Shown in pieces: positions 26,429 to 36,589 of a stretch of 38,600 nt of DNA (within the stretch, counting starts at the first letter, position 1; the number at the start of each line of letters is the position of its first letter). The notes below the pieces were generated by a model. The model was not told the DNA's origin and ran no database searches. It worked only from the letters and a program-made list of their open reading frames with translations. Both the position numbers and the translations under genes were made by a program. Origin of the DNA: Chloroflexota bacterium (GTDB taxonomy: Bacteria; Chloroflexota; Dehalococcoidia; Lucifugimonadales; UBA3495); the NCBI GenBank assembly GCA_022566155.1, contig JADFJS010000002.1, positions 1 through 38,600 of the forward strand, read 5' to 3'.

Positions 26429-28168
26429 TTACTCTTCTGCTTCGAGCACCGGGATTGTAGCCATGATGGCAAAGCTTACACCTCCCTTTTTTTCTTCGCT
26501 CACTTGCTGCACGGTGGCATTGGCGAAGGCAAGTTCATTGCGTAGGTTAGCCGAATATTCTCCGGTTTCATCTTGATATTTGTCGAAACCCTGCCTGGTA
26601 AACAGCCTGTATTGGCGTAGGCCGGCGGCATATTCGAGCACCTCCCCACTGTCGGATGCTATGCCGGTCAGAAGAAAATTACCATCCTGGGGGACCAAAG
26701 ACACGAGTTCAACACCTTCGGGCAGGGCTCTGCTGGTAACGGTCTCCAGCCTGACCAAAAGATCAGCCATGCTGCCGCTCATGTCCAGAAGTTGCGTCTC
26801 CAGCGCTTGGATCTCGATATCGGCCGCCTTCAAATCACGAGCAGTGGACCTCAATCGGTTGGAATCCAGGCGCAGACCCCGCTCCCCAGCCTCCTTGTCT
26901 GATTTTTCAGCGGATCGCAAGTCCGCATCCTGCACCGCCTCGGCGACGGGGCCAGCGACGCTGAAAGCAAGGCCCGCCAACAGGAAGAGTCCGATAAATA
27001 CGCCAATCGCTAAAAACGGGAATGGCCGCGGCCGGTAGCGCTCTGGCAGAATGTTGAGCACCGGGCCAGAATCACGCCAGGTTTTCCCCTTGGCCTTATC
27101 GCCCAGGAACAATCCAAGGTTTGCCGCATATTCGCTGGACGGGAAATCATCCGGGCAATCCAATGATGGCGTAAAGGGCAGCACGGGGCCCTGTAAAACC
27201 CGAGGGAGAGCTTCCGCCAACCGGCTGTTTGTAGCGAGTTGGCCGGTCAAGACAACCGGCAGGGTCTGGGTGACTTCCTCCGGGTCCACCATCTGATAAA
27301 AGCCCTCTACACGGTCCACGACCGACGCCACAGCCTCGGCTTGGTCCTCGGCAGAGGTGATGCCTTCGGGGAATTCCATCTGGTGGACTACCCTGGGCAT
27401 GCGGTCTCGCACCAGAACTACCGCCGTCTGAGCGCGTTCAATGTGAACTATGATGACGTCCGGCACGCCCACGGCGAAGGCCAGCGCCGCTTCTTTGGAG
27501 TACACGGCCTTGAGCGTCCCACCGGCTTCCTCGAAGAGCTGCACCTGAGTGTCCATCTTGCTTTTAGGCACCGCCGCCGCGATAACCTCATGGCCCGCGC
27601 TGTCCCGGCGGCGGAGCCAGTTGATATCCACTTCAAATGGATCGAATGGAATGCTATTCACGACCTCGGCGTGGATGATCTCTTCAAGGTGCGCTTTGCT
27701 GGTCCCGGGCAGACGCATGTGACGCATCAGGGGTATGTACAGGGGCAGGTCTGCCACCAACCGGCTACGCCTTTGCTGGATCTCCTCCAGCATGACGCTG
27801 AGCTCGCTCTTGGGCGGGGGGGCCGGCATATCATCGGAGCCCTCTTCGGGCGTGTCCTGTGCCGGTTTACCTTCCCCTGGCGGTTGCGCCTCAGATGCGG
27901 ACCCTTCTTTATCGAGAGATGCGCTTTCCAGAGAAGCCGATCTCCATCCGAGCACCTGGGCCCCCTTGAACACCACTGCCCGTACTTGACCGGACTCCAT
28001 GCTGAGGGTCACTGTCTGGGCGCGGAACCTCTGGGTTGACGCTTCCAGCCTCACGGATACACGGCGCCAGATCGGGCTTAACACGCGAGTTACGCCACCC
28101 AAAGCCCCCGCTATCGCTTGACGCAAGGTAGTGACGGCCCTGGCTATCGCTTGACGCATGGTAGTCAC
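26429..28168 (-). CDS. PilM-PilN fusion (actin-like PilM domain, TM helix, coiled coil, PilN domain)
   Basis: PilM-like IPFDPFEVDINW, VIAAAVPK, VVLTG; PilN-type LNILP motif before the TM helix; LLTGIA..VLEYAAGL. Confidence 0.7.
   Translation of the reverse strand: MTTMRQAIARAVTTLRQAIAGALGGVTRVLSPIWRRVSVRLEASTQRFRAQTVTLSMESGQVRAVVFKGAQVLGWRSASLESASLDKEGSASEAQPPGEGKPAQDTPEEGSDDMPAPPPKSELSVMLEEIQQRRSRLVADLPLYIPLMRHMRLPGTSKAHLEEIIHAEVVNSIPFDPFEVDINWLRRRDSAGHEVIAAAVPKSKMDTQVQLFEEAGGTLKAVYSKEAALAFAVGVPDVIIVHIERAQTAVVLVRDRMPRVVHQMEFPEGITSAEDQAEAVASVVDRVEGFYQMVDPEEVTQTLPVVLTGQLATNSRLAEALPRVLQGPVLPFTPSLDCPDDFPSSEYAANLGLFLGDKAKGKTWRDSGPVLNILPERYRPRPFPFLAIGVFIGLFLLAGLAFSVAGPVAEAVQDADLRSAEKSDKEAGERGLRLDSNRLRSTARDLKAADIEIQALETQLLDMSGSMADLLVRLETVTSRALPEGVELVSLVPQDGNFLLTGIASDSGEVLEYAAGLRQYRLFTRQGFDKYQDETGEYSANLRNELAFANATVQQVSEEKKGGVSFAIMATIPVLEAEE
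28110..28168 (-). repeat. 26-bp direct repeat (33-bp period) encoding TTMRQAIARAV/TTLRQAIAGAL
   Basis: GCTATCGCTTGACGCAWGGTAGTSAC at 28110 and 28143. Confidence 0.8.
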
Positions 28169-28977
28169 CGCCCCAGCCGCGGAGAGTGTCCTGTACTCCC
28201 CGCCGAACTTGAGGCTGCCGCCGGCCTAGGAGTAGACGTGGGGTGGGGCACCGCGGTTGCAACCGGCGGCTTTGGAGTGGCGGTCGGAACAGTAACCGGA
28301 GAAAGGAAGAACAGAAGCGTAACCTGAGCAGACGGGTCCTCGTCCAATTTAGAGAACCTGATGTCAGTGGCGGTGGCCACAGGGACCGTTTCCCGGAGCA
28401 GGGCTAGAAATTTAGAGAAATCGACCGGCCCTCCTCTCAAGTTCAAACCTACCCGCCCGACTTGGTAGTCCATGGGCCCCACATTCTCGATCTGCGACTC
28501 GCCAGACGAGATGGAGATCAGGGTCATTCCCGTTTCCAGGGCGGTATCGGCCACGATCTTCAGCAATTCGTCGGTGGAGGAGTACTGGAAAACGCCGTTG
28601 AGGGCCTTCAACTGTAAGCCCCCAGCTTCCAGCAGCAATTTTTTGGCTTCTAACTGCTGCTTCAGCGCGTCGATGTTTTCCTCTAGCAACAGCTTCCGGG
28701 CTTCAAACAGCAGTTCTCCGCCTTTCAGCTTTGGGTCCTCGGTTTGCAGCCGCACCTTCAGGGATTCTAATCTCCTCTCCGGGTCCTTCACCGGGGAGAG
28801 GGCGGCTATCTTGCGGTCAAGGACACTGATGTCCTTTTCCAGAGAGGACTCATCGGACTGAGCTTGATAGTACCGAAACCCCTGGTATGCGAAATAGCCG
28901 AGCAGTGCCACTCCCATGATGCCTGCGATGGCGATCCAAGGCTTGACTCTTTTCAGGAGTTGTCGTAGTTGGTCCAA
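28165..28977 (-). CDS. PilO-like alignment protein
   Basis: N-terminal TM helix, coiled coil, ferredoxin-like domain (LNLRGGPVDFSKFLALL), Pro/Thr tail. Confidence 0.65.
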   Translation of the reverse strand: MDQLRQLLKRVKPWIAIAGIMGVALLGYFAYQGFRYYQAQSDESSLEKDISVLDRKIAALSPVKDPERRLESLKVRLQTEDPKLKGGELLFEARKLLLEENIDALKQQLEAKKLLLEAGGLQLKALNGVFQYSSTDELLKIVADTALETGMTLISISSGESQIENVGPMDYQVGRVGLNLRGGPVDFSKFLALLRETVPVATATDIRFSKLDEDPSAQVTLLFFLSPVTVPTATPKPPVATAVPHPTSTPRPAAASSSAGSTGHSPRLGR

Positions 28978-29013
28978 TATCTATGGTGAAGGCACGAATA
29001 TGGTCTATCGGCG

Positions 29014-30225
29014 CTAGGGGGCTATGGCGTCCATTCCAGACATGATGGGCATGAACATGGACAGTGCCATAAACAGTACAACTCCCCCCACGGCGAAAGT
29101 AGACAAGGGCTCCATCAGGGATAGGATGGCGGCCAGCCGGTTCTCCACTTCAGCCTCGTATGCATTGGCCAGGTTTTCCAGTGTCTGGGGCAGGAAATTG
29201 TTTTCCTCCCCCACCATCACCAATTCCACCCAGAGCCTGGGTAGGACAGGGTATTCCTTGAGGGCTTGTGCCATACCGCGCCCGGCTAAAAGGCTCTGTT
29301 CTCCAGCCGCGAAGGCAGCATAAACCACCAGGTTCTTGCACCCGCCGATGGCCAGAGGCAGGGACTCGGCCAAGGATACACCGGCATTTAGCAGCATTGC
29401 GTTGGTGCGGGAAAATGCCGCTATCTCTTTGGACACCAACAGGCTACCGATGACGGGTAATTTGGTGCTCGCTAAGTGCATCTTGTAATGGATAGTGGGG
29501 ATACGGCTCCCAACCGCGTAAGCGACCGCCAGGAATACGATGACCCCGACTATGATCAATAGATTGTCCGAGATGAACCCCACAACGCCCATGGCGATGG
29601 CGGTGATCAGAGGGGTATCGGCGTCGAAGGCCTCGAAAGATTCGAGGAGGGGCGGCAGCATGACGGTCATCATGAGGACCAGCATCGCCACGGAGGAACC
29701 CATGGTGAAGAGGGGCATCATCATGGTCCGCTTGAACCGCTGAACCGCCTCGTGCTCCCGCTCCATGGAGTCGGACAGCTGCTCCAGGGCCGATGCAAGA
29801 CCGCCGGTGTGTTCGCCAACTTCCACCACGCTTACAAAACGGGCGTTGAACACCGCAGGGTGCTTGGCCATCCCAGAGGAAAGGCTGCCACCTTCGTCTA
29901 GGGTCTTGCGGATGCTGGCCAGGATCTTGCGTAATACTCTATTTTTGCTCTCAGACTCCAACATTTCAAGCGAGCGTTGAAGGCTGCTTCCGCCCAGTGT
30001 CATGGTGGCTAGCTGCCGGGACAGGCGCACCAGGTCCCCAGTTTTGACCTTGAACAGGGATGGGAAAATCTCGTCAATGGGAGGAAGCTTCCGCGCAGGT
30101 TTGAGCTGAAGCAGCCTCAACCCCCTGCCAAGGACCTCTTCCCGGGCCTCATACTCGTTCTCGGCATCCACCCGGCCTTTGATCACGCCCTGCTCCAGGG
30201 TGTAGGCCACATAGTTGAACTGCAT
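29014..30225 (-). CDS. pilC: Type IV pilus platform protein PilC (GspF family)
   Basis: RQLATM, EGGSLS, VGEHTGGL, LMEPL motifs; ATG 30225 follows GAGAGG. Confidence 0.92.
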   Translation of the reverse strand: MQFNYVAYTLEQGVIKGRVDAENEYEAREEVLGRGLRLLQLKPARKLPPIDEIFPSLFKVKTGDLVRLSRQLATMTLGGSSLQRSLEMLESESKNRVLRKILASIRKTLDEGGSLSSGMAKHPAVFNARFVSVVEVGEHTGGLASALEQLSDSMEREHEAVQRFKRTMMMPLFTMGSSVAMLVLMMTVMLPPLLESFEAFDADTPLITAIAMGVVGFISDNLLIIVGVIVFLAVAYAVGSRIPTIHYKMHLASTKLPVIGSLLVSKEIAAFSRTNAMLLNAGVSLAESLPLAIGGCKNLVVYAAFAAGEQSLLAGRGMAQALKEYPVLPRLWVELVMVGEENNFLPQTLENLANAYEAEVENRLAAILSLMEPLSTFAVGGVVLFMALSMFMPIMSGMDAIAP

Positions 30226-30237
30226 AGACAACCCTCT

Positions 30238-32019
30238 CTACTCCAACGTGAATAGAACCCGCATTACTTCGTAGGGAGTAGTGATTCCCGCATCCACCTT
30301 CTCCATGCCGTCACGCCGCAGATAGGTCATTCCGTCCTTGAGGGCCTGTTCCCAAAGCTTGTAACGGGGCGCGTCTTCCATGAAGAGCTGGCGGATTGCG
30401 TCGGTCATAGCCATAATCTCGAAGACGCCGGTGCGGCCCAGGTATCCAGTCTGGGCGCAAGCGTTGCAGCCGGCGCCATAGTAGAACCTCTCTCGGGTGC
30501 GTCCCATCTCTTCGGCAAAGACCTGCTGCTCAGCCAGTGGGCGTGAGGTCAACGCGCCGCAGGTGGAGCATACGCGACGCACCATTCTCTGGGCCACTAA
30601 ACCTGCCACCGAAGAAACGATCAGGTAGGGGGGCACGCCAAGGTCTCTGAGGCGTATCAGCGCCGAAACAGTGTCGTTGGCGTGCAGAGAGGTCAGCACC
30701 AAGTGGCCGGTCAGGGCGGCCTGGGTGGCGATGATCGCCGTCTCCTGGTCCCGGATCTCCCCGATCAGTATAACGTCTGGGTCCAAGCGCAGGATGCTGC
30801 GCAGCTGGGTGGCGAAGGTGATGCCGGCGTCATTATGAACTTGCATCTGATTAACGTCGGCCATATGGTATTCCACCGGGTCTTCAATGGAGATCATCTT
30901 GTTCTCCACCCGGTTCATCTGCATCAGCGAAGCGTAAAGGGTGGTGCTTTTCCCGGACCCGGTGGGGCCGCAGACGATAATCATGCCATAGGGAAGTTTC
31001 AGCAATTTCCGGTACTGCTCTTGAGATTCTTCATCGAATCCCAATTGCTCCAGACCCAATAGCGTGAATTTGGCGTTGTCCAGCAGGCGCAGCACCGCCA
31101 TCTCACCGGTAACGGTACCGCTAACGGCCACACGCACGTCGATCTCCCGCCCGTGGGCTTCAAAGTTAAGCTGCCCATCCTGAGGCCGCCGCCGCTCGGC
31201 GATGTTCATTCCGCACTCGATCTTCAGACGGGAGATGATGGTGGCATGCATGTCCATGGGCAGATTCATTACCTCATGCAGGATACCATCGATGCGAAAC
31301 CGGATTCGAAGCCGTTCCTCTGCCGGTTCGATGTGTATGTCCGAGGCCCGGTCCTGGAGCGCCTGACGCAGCAAAAGGTTGATCACCTGAGCCGGCCCCG
31401 CCTCTCGGACCTTCCGCGAGGTAACCCGCTCGTTGGGCTGGCCATCTTCGTCCACGTCGGTGGACTCCAGCGCCTCGCTAAGGCGATAGTAGAGGTCGAT
31501 GTGTTCCTGGATGTCGTCCCCAGTGGTGACCACCGGATCGATGATTCGACCGGTCCGGGCCGCCAGGTCTTGAAGGAGCTGAAGATCGGTGGGGTCGGCC
31601 ATGGCCACGGTCAGATGCCCATCCTTCTGGCTCAACGCAAGGACCATATACTTGCGCGCCACATCTTCGGGGACCAACCGGACCGCCGCACGGTCAATGG
31701 TCTCGGCTCGGAGTTCAACCATGGTCAGACCCAGGTGGAGGGCAGTCAGCGTGGCCAAGACCCTTGAGGCCACCAGGTCATCCCGCACCAGGATCTGCCC
31801 CAGAGGAAGACGCTCCCGCCGGGCCTCCTCCTGCGCTCGGTTCACCTGGTCGGAGGATAGAATACCTCCCTCCACCAGCATCTGCGCTAATGAAAATCCG
31901 CGAGCACGGCCAGCCGGTTTCGAAACCGGACTTGGCGCACTTAGAGTGGAAACCTCGGTTCCACCCAGGTCTGCGCTTCCGCCCCCGCCGTTGATTTCGA
32001 TGCCATTATCTTCGCGCAT
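30238..32019 (-). CDS. pilB: Type IV pilus extension ATPase PilB (GspE family)
   Basis: RASDIHIEP, Walker A GPTGSGKST, EDPVE, LRLDPDVILIGEIRD, Zn CxxC...CxxC. Confidence 0.93.
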   Translation of the reverse strand: MREDNGIEINGGGGSADLGGTEVSTLSAPSPVSKPAGRARGFSLAQMLVEGGILSSDQVNRAQEEARRERLPLGQILVRDDLVASRVLATLTALHLGLTMVELRAETIDRAAVRLVPEDVARKYMVLALSQKDGHLTVAMADPTDLQLLQDLAARTGRIIDPVVTTGDDIQEHIDLYYRLSEALESTDVDEDGQPNERVTSRKVREAGPAQVINLLLRQALQDRASDIHIEPAEERLRIRFRIDGILHEVMNLPMDMHATIISRLKIECGMNIAERRRPQDGQLNFEAHGREIDVRVAVSGTVTGEMAVLRLLDNAKFTLLGLEQLGFDEESQEQYRKLLKLPYGMIIVCGPTGSGKSTTLYASLMQMNRVENKMISIEDPVEYHMADVNQMQVHNDAGITFATQLRSILRLDPDVILIGEIRDQETAIIATQAALTGHLVLTSLHANDTVSALIRLRDLGVPPYLIVSSVAGLVAQRMVRRVCSTCGALTSRPLAEQQVFAEEMGRTRERFYYGAGCNACAQTGYLGRTGVFEIMAMTDAIRQLFMEDAPRYKLWEQALKDGMTYLRRDGMEKVDAGITTPYEVMRVLFTLE

Positions 32020-32087
32020 CTCGCTTTGATTCCCTCCGGGTGGCCAAATCGGTGACCCGTCAAAGGTGATCTGCCTGATATCCTCGT

Positions 32088-32861
32088 TCAGCCCAACGAC
32101 ACTTTAAGCTGACGCTCGTTGGAATCGGTGTCTATCCCATTGGGGGCGGCCACCTCGGACACACCTTCGATCTCGAGCAGGATGGTTCTAAGCGGCATGG
32201 GCTCCCTGAGCCTTAGCCATATGTCCATGCCCTCCCTCCGCTGGTCGGCGGTCAATCGCAACAGGTGAAAATGCTGATTGTTTCTGAGCTCGTCAACGAA
32301 CCGGATCATGGCCCTGATGTAACCGGCGCTCTTTATCATCAGCTTGACGGTACCTTCGTAGACCTCTTCGTCGACCGATGGAGCGGGTACATCCAGGTCG
32401 ATGGGGGGCGCTGGAGGCGGTTCCGGGACCACCAAAGGCTCCGGGATCACTCCCCCATCGTAGCGGCGCAAGACGGCCTTGACCCTTGCGGCCAGCTCAG
32501 CTATGGCGAAGGGTTTGGTCACATAATCATCGGCGCCCAACTCCAGGCCCCGCACCTTGTCCTCGTCCCGGTTTTCGCCGGTGACCATAATGATGGGAAC
32601 CTGGGAGAATTCTCGAATGCGCTGGCACGTGGTGAAACCGTCGATGCCAGGCATATTCACATCGAGCAAGATCAAAACCGGGCTAATAGTCTTGATGATC
32701 GCCAGCGCTTCCTCTCCACTGCCGACGGTCTCCACCGGGAATCCCTCTTCTTCCAGGACGAATTTTTCCAATCGCTGGGTGCGGGAATCGTCATCCACGA
32801 CGAGAACCAGGCCTTTCTGGGGGCCTTTTTCCTCGGCTTCGTTCGAGTTCGCTTGCGCCAT
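32088..32861 (-). CDS. Response regulator: OmpR-type receiver plus a non-wHTH C-terminal domain
   Basis: VVDDD, LLDVNMPGIDG, GADDYVTKPF; Pro-rich linker. Confidence 0.85.
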   Translation of the reverse strand: MAQANSNEAEEKGPQKGLVLVVDDDSRTQRLEKFVLEEEGFPVETVGSGEEALAIIKTISPVLILLDVNMPGIDGFTTCQRIREFSQVPIIMVTGENRDEDKVRGLELGADDYVTKPFAIAELAARVKAVLRRYDGGVIPEPLVVPEPPPAPPIDLDVPAPSVDEEVYEGTVKLMIKSAGYIRAMIRFVDELRNNQHFHLLRLTADQRREGMDIWLRLREPMPLRTILLEIEGVSEVAAPNGIDTDSNERQLKVSLG

Positions 32862-32947
32862 GGGGTGGAAATCCTCGCCTCAGTGTCTCATGATGACCAC
32901 TTTAGCAGTTTTCATTAGGGTTAACAGGGTTAACATTTCCGATTTCG

Positions 32948-32956
32948 ATTATATCA
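32948..32956 (-). promoter_or_regulatory. Extended -10 promoter TGATATAAT for the regulator/pil operon
   Basis: Perfect TGnTATAAT on the minus strand about 87 bp upstream of the ATG. Confidence 0.6.
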
Positions 32957-33016
32957 GGATTGCGGTATTCAGGCATTGTAAACGAGCCCGGCCGGACAGA
33001 GACCTGCGATTGGGTA

Positions 33017-33045
33017 TTGATTACGCAGGGGTATACCTATAGAAT
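33017..33045 (+). promoter_or_regulatory. sigma70 promoter of speDE (TTGATT-17 bp-TAGAAT)
   Basis: Consensus-like boxes with optimal spacing. Confidence 0.6.
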
Positions 33046-33091
33046 GAGGCGTTCCTTAGTTGGGGAAATACCAAGGGAGGAGGGCAGGTGA

Positions 33092-33457
33092 TTGAATGTA
33101 CTAGGTCTTCATCTTTTGCTGGAACTCAGGGATTGTAACTCCGGTCTTCTCAACGATCTCAACCACATCCGTTTGGCCATGCTCCGCGCCGCGGAAGACG
33201 CCGGCGCCCACGTTATCGGCGAGTCTTTCCACCAATTCAGCCCGCAGGGCGTAACTGGTATCCTGGCCATCGCGGAATCCCATATCTCGATCCATACCTG
33301 GCCCGAGTACGGATACGCGGCGGCCGATATCTTCACCTGCGGTTCCGGTGTCCAAGCCAGGAAAATCGCCGGTACATTGGTGGATGTGCTCGAATGCCGG
33401 GACCCAGAGATCACCGAAGTCGTCAGGGGTTTGCTTCACGAGTCCGCGGTCAGCTAA
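33092..33457 (+). CDS. speD: S-adenosylmethionine decarboxylase proenzyme
   Basis: HQFSPQGVTG, AE|SHISIHTWPE, DIFTCG. Confidence 0.93.
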   Translation: MNVLGLHLLLELRDCNSGLLNDLNHIRLAMLRAAEDAGAHVIGESFHQFSPQGVTGILAIAESHISIHTWPEYGYAAADIFTCGSGVQARKIAGTLVDVLECRDPEITEVVRGLLHESAVS

Positions 33458-33484
33458 CCTCCCGCTGCTAGGTCAGCGAGGTTT

Positions 33485-34396
33485 ATGGACATTTCCGGCA
33501 AATGGTTCCTTGAGACGGTCTTTCCGGACCTTGCTGTAATGCTCAAAGTCCGGAAGGTTCTCTATTCAGGCCACACAGCCTACCAGGCGGTGGAGATCCT
33601 GGAGTCGGAGGTGTTTGGGCGTAGCCTGGTTCTCGACGGCAAGACTCAGTCCACCGAGCGGGATGAGCACATCTACCACGAGGCCCTGGTCCATCCGGCC
33701 ATGCTTTTACACCCGGGGCCCCGCACCATATTCATTGGTGGCGGGGGCGAGGGCGGCACATTGCGTGAGGTGCTGGCCCACGAAGGTGTGGAGCGGGTAG
33801 TGATGCTGGACCTGGACCCGGAGGTGGTAGAATTGTGCCGCCGTTACCTGCCCCAGCACCATCAGGGCAGCTTCGATGACCCCCGGGTGGAGCTGCTGCA
33901 CCAGGACGCCCGGGAGTACCTGGCCGCCAGTTCCGAGACATTCGACGTTATGATTATGGACCTTGTCGATCCCATCGAAGGGGGGACAGCCTACCTGCTC
34001 TATACCGACGAATTCTACCGCATCGTCAAGGCCAGGATGAGCCCCGATAGTATCTTGGTCACCCAATCCGGTCCAGCCGGATTACTGAGCCATCAGGAAT
34101 GCTTTACCACAGTCTTCAACACTTTGACCGGCGTCTTTAACCACACCGCGCCAACCACGGTACACGTACCGGCTTTTCAGACCATGTGGGGCATGACGTT
34201 GGCGTCCGATTCGCCCTTCCCAACGCTGTCCGACGATCAGATCGATGGGTTGATCGCCCAGCGCATCGACAAGACCCTCAGATTTTACGATAGCGAAACC
34301 CACCGGAACATGTTTGCCCTACCCAAATACCTGCGGGAGAGCATCCGCTCGGAAAGCCGCGTCAACCGCGACGCCGATCCCGTCTTCATGATCTAA
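33485..34396 (+). CDS. speE: Polyamine aminopropyltransferase
   Basis: LVLDGKTQSTERDEHIYHEALVHP, GGGEGGTLREV, DLVDP. Confidence 0.92.
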   Translation: MDISGKWFLETVFPDLAVMLKVRKVLYSGHTAYQAVEILESEVFGRSLVLDGKTQSTERDEHIYHEALVHPAMLLHPGPRTIFIGGGGEGGTLREVLAHEGVERVVMLDLDPEVVELCRRYLPQHHQGSFDDPRVELLHQDAREYLAASSETFDVMIMDLVDPIEGGTAYLLYTDEFYRIVKARMSPDSILVTQSGPAGLLSHQECFTTVFNTLTGVFNHTAPTTVHVPAFQTMWGMTLASDSPFPTLSDDQIDGLIAQRIDKTLRFYDSETHRNMFALPKYLRESIRSESRVNRDADPVFMI

Positions 34397-34441
34397 GGCG
34401 GGTCGGCCGAGGTAACGTCGAGGCGAGATACTCCCCCTCCC

Positions 34442-36394
34442 CTACTCTTCTTCGCCGTACTGTTCCATCAATGCCTGAACCACCGCCGGGTCGGCCAGCG
34501 TAGTGGTGTCACCCAGGGTCCTGCCTTCAGCAATATCCCGCAGCAGACGGCGCATTATCTTGCCGCTGCGAGTCTTGGGAAGCTCGCCGGTGAAGTAGAT
34601 CTCGTCGGGACGGGCCATTGCCCCGATCTTGGTGGTAACGTGCCGCTTCAGCTCGGCGACGATCTCCTCACTACCGGTTACATGGTCCTTCAGGGTCACA
34701 AAGGCCACGATGGCCTGTCCCTTTATCTCGTCGGTCCTGCCGATGCAAGCGGCCTCGGCCACCTTTGAGTTGTCCACCAGGGCGCTCTCCACCTCCATGG
34801 TGCTGATGCGGTGGGCGGAAACGTTGATCACGTCATCCACCCGTCCCAGGAGCCAGAAATAGCCATCCTCGTCGATCTTCGCCCCGTCGGCGGTAAAGTA
34901 GATATCGGGGTAACGAGCCCAGTATTGCTCCACGTACCGGTCCGGGTCGCCGTAGAGGGTCCGCAGCATGGCCGGCCAGGGACGCTTGATGACCAGGTAC
35001 CCGCCGGCGCCCGGGCCCACGGGGGCGCCGGACTCGTCCACCACCTCGGCCTCAATGCCCGGAAAGGCCCGGGTAGCGGAGCCCGGCTTCAGCGTTGTGA
35101 TTCCCGGCAATGGGGTAATCAGCACCATACCCGTCTCGGTTTGCCACCAGGTGTCCACCACGGGGCAACGTCCGCCGCCGATGTTCTTCCAGTACCATAC
35201 CCAGGCTTCCGGGTTGATGGGCTCCCCCACCGTGCCCAGCAGCCGCAGCGACGTCAGGTCATGCCTCTCCGGGTACTCCTCGCCCCAACGCATAAAGGTG
35301 CGGATGGCGGTGGGGGCGGTGTAGCAGATGGTGATTCCATACTTGGCGATGATGGCCCAGAACCGGTCCCGGTCCGGCCAATCGGGAGAGCCCTCATACA
35401 TCACCGTCGTTGCGCCGTTTGCCAGGGGTCCGTAGACGATGTAGCTGTGGCCGGTGACCCAGCCGATGTCCGCCGTGCACCAGTAGACGTCGTCCTCCTT
35501 CAGGTCGAAGATCCACTTGGTGGTGGCATAGGTGCCCACCAGATACCCACCGGTGGTGTGTACGATGCCCTTGGGTTTGCCCGTGGTGCCGCTGGTGTAC
35601 AGCAGATACAGCATGTCCTCGCTGTCCATCGGCTCGGGTTCGCAGGTCAGCGGCTGGCCTTCCACCAGGTCGTGCCACCAGATATCGCGGCCGTCGACCA
35701 TATTTTCGTCGGCATGGCCGGTACGGCGCACCACAATCATCTTCTCCACGCTGGGGGCACCGTCGAGGGACTCATCCGCATTCTGCTTGAGCTGGATGAT
35801 GTTGCCCCGCCGGTAGCCTCCATCGGCGGTGATCAGTATCTTGGATTGAGAGTCGTTGAGCCGGTCGCGTATGGCTTCGGCGCTGAACCCGCCAAACACC
35901 ACGCTATGTGGCGCGCCGATGCGGGCGCAAGCCAGCATCGCGATGGGCAGCTCGGGGATCATGGGCAGGTAGATGGTGATGCGGTCACCCTTTTTGACCC
36001 CCAAGCTCTTTAATCCATTGGCGAACCGGCACACCTCCCGGTAGAGGTCCCAGTAGGTATAGACCTGCCGGTCCCCGGGTTCTCCCTCCCAGATTATCGC
36101 GGCCTTGTTGCGCCGGGCCGAGGTCAGATGCCGGTCGATGCAGTTGTAGGAGACATTGAGCTTGCCTCCAACGAACCATTGAGCATGGGGAGGGTCCCAC
36201 TGCAGGACTTTGTCCCATTTCTTGATCCAGTCCAGTTCGTCGGCGAATTTGGCCCAGAACGCTTCCGGGTCCTTTAGGGCCTCTTCGTATATATTGGGGT
36301 CCGATATGTTCGCTTGTTTCTTGAATTCCTCGGAGGGCGGGAAAGTACGGTCCTCATGCAGTAATGCCTCGATGCTTCCCGAGTCCTGTGCCAT
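34442..36394 (-). CDS. acs: Acetyl-CoA synthetase
   Basis: [38 protein letters not shown]; ATG 36394 follows GGAGG. Confidence 0.96.
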   Translation of the reverse strand: MAQDSGSIEALLHEDRTFPPSEEFKKQANISDPNIYEEALKDPEAFWAKFADELDWIKKWDKVLQWDPPHAQWFVGGKLNVSYNCIDRHLTSARRNKAAIIWEGEPGDRQVYTYWDLYREVCRFANGLKSLGVKKGDRITIYLPMIPELPIAMLACARIGAPHSVVFGGFSAEAIRDRLNDSQSKILITADGGYRRGNIIQLKQNADESLDGAPSVEKMIVVRRTGHADENMVDGRDIWWHDLVEGQPLTCEPEPMDSEDMLYLLYTSGTTGKPKGIVHTTGGYLVGTYATTKWIFDLKEDDVYWCTADIGWVTGHSYIVYGPLANGATTVMYEGSPDWPDRDRFWAIIAKYGITICYTAPTAIRTFMRWGEEYPERHDLTSLRLLGTVGEPINPEAWVWYWKNIGGGRCPVVDTWWQTETGMVLITPLPGITTLKPGSATRAFPGIEAEVVDESGAPVGPGAGGYLVIKRPWPAMLRTLYGDPDRYVEQYWARYPDIYFTADGAKIDEDGYFWLLGRVDDVINVSAHRISTMEVESALVDNSKVAEAACIGRTDEIKGQAIVAFVTLKDHVTGSEEIVAELKRHVTTKIGAMARPDEIYFTGELPKTRSGKIMRRLLRDIAEGRTLGDTTTLADPAVVQALMEQYGEEE

Positions 36395-36589
36395 CTCAAA
36401 AACCTCCGGGGTTACGTTCTGCTTGCACCTGTTAGACGACGGACCCGCCTCGGCTGGGCCAGACTGCATAGGGTGCCTGACTCACGCATATTTAACACAA
36501 GGCGGCTGCCTTTGCAAACCTCGGTGTAACTCTATCCGATACGCGAGGCCCCAACAATTGGCATACGAATTGACGTACAATCTCTAACC

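Noticed and set aside
34811-36013. 400-aa plus-strand ORF and similar long antisense ORFs (27239-28039, 31153-31767)
   Set aside because: Shadows of well-supported genes (acs, pilMN, pilB) in GC-rich DNA.
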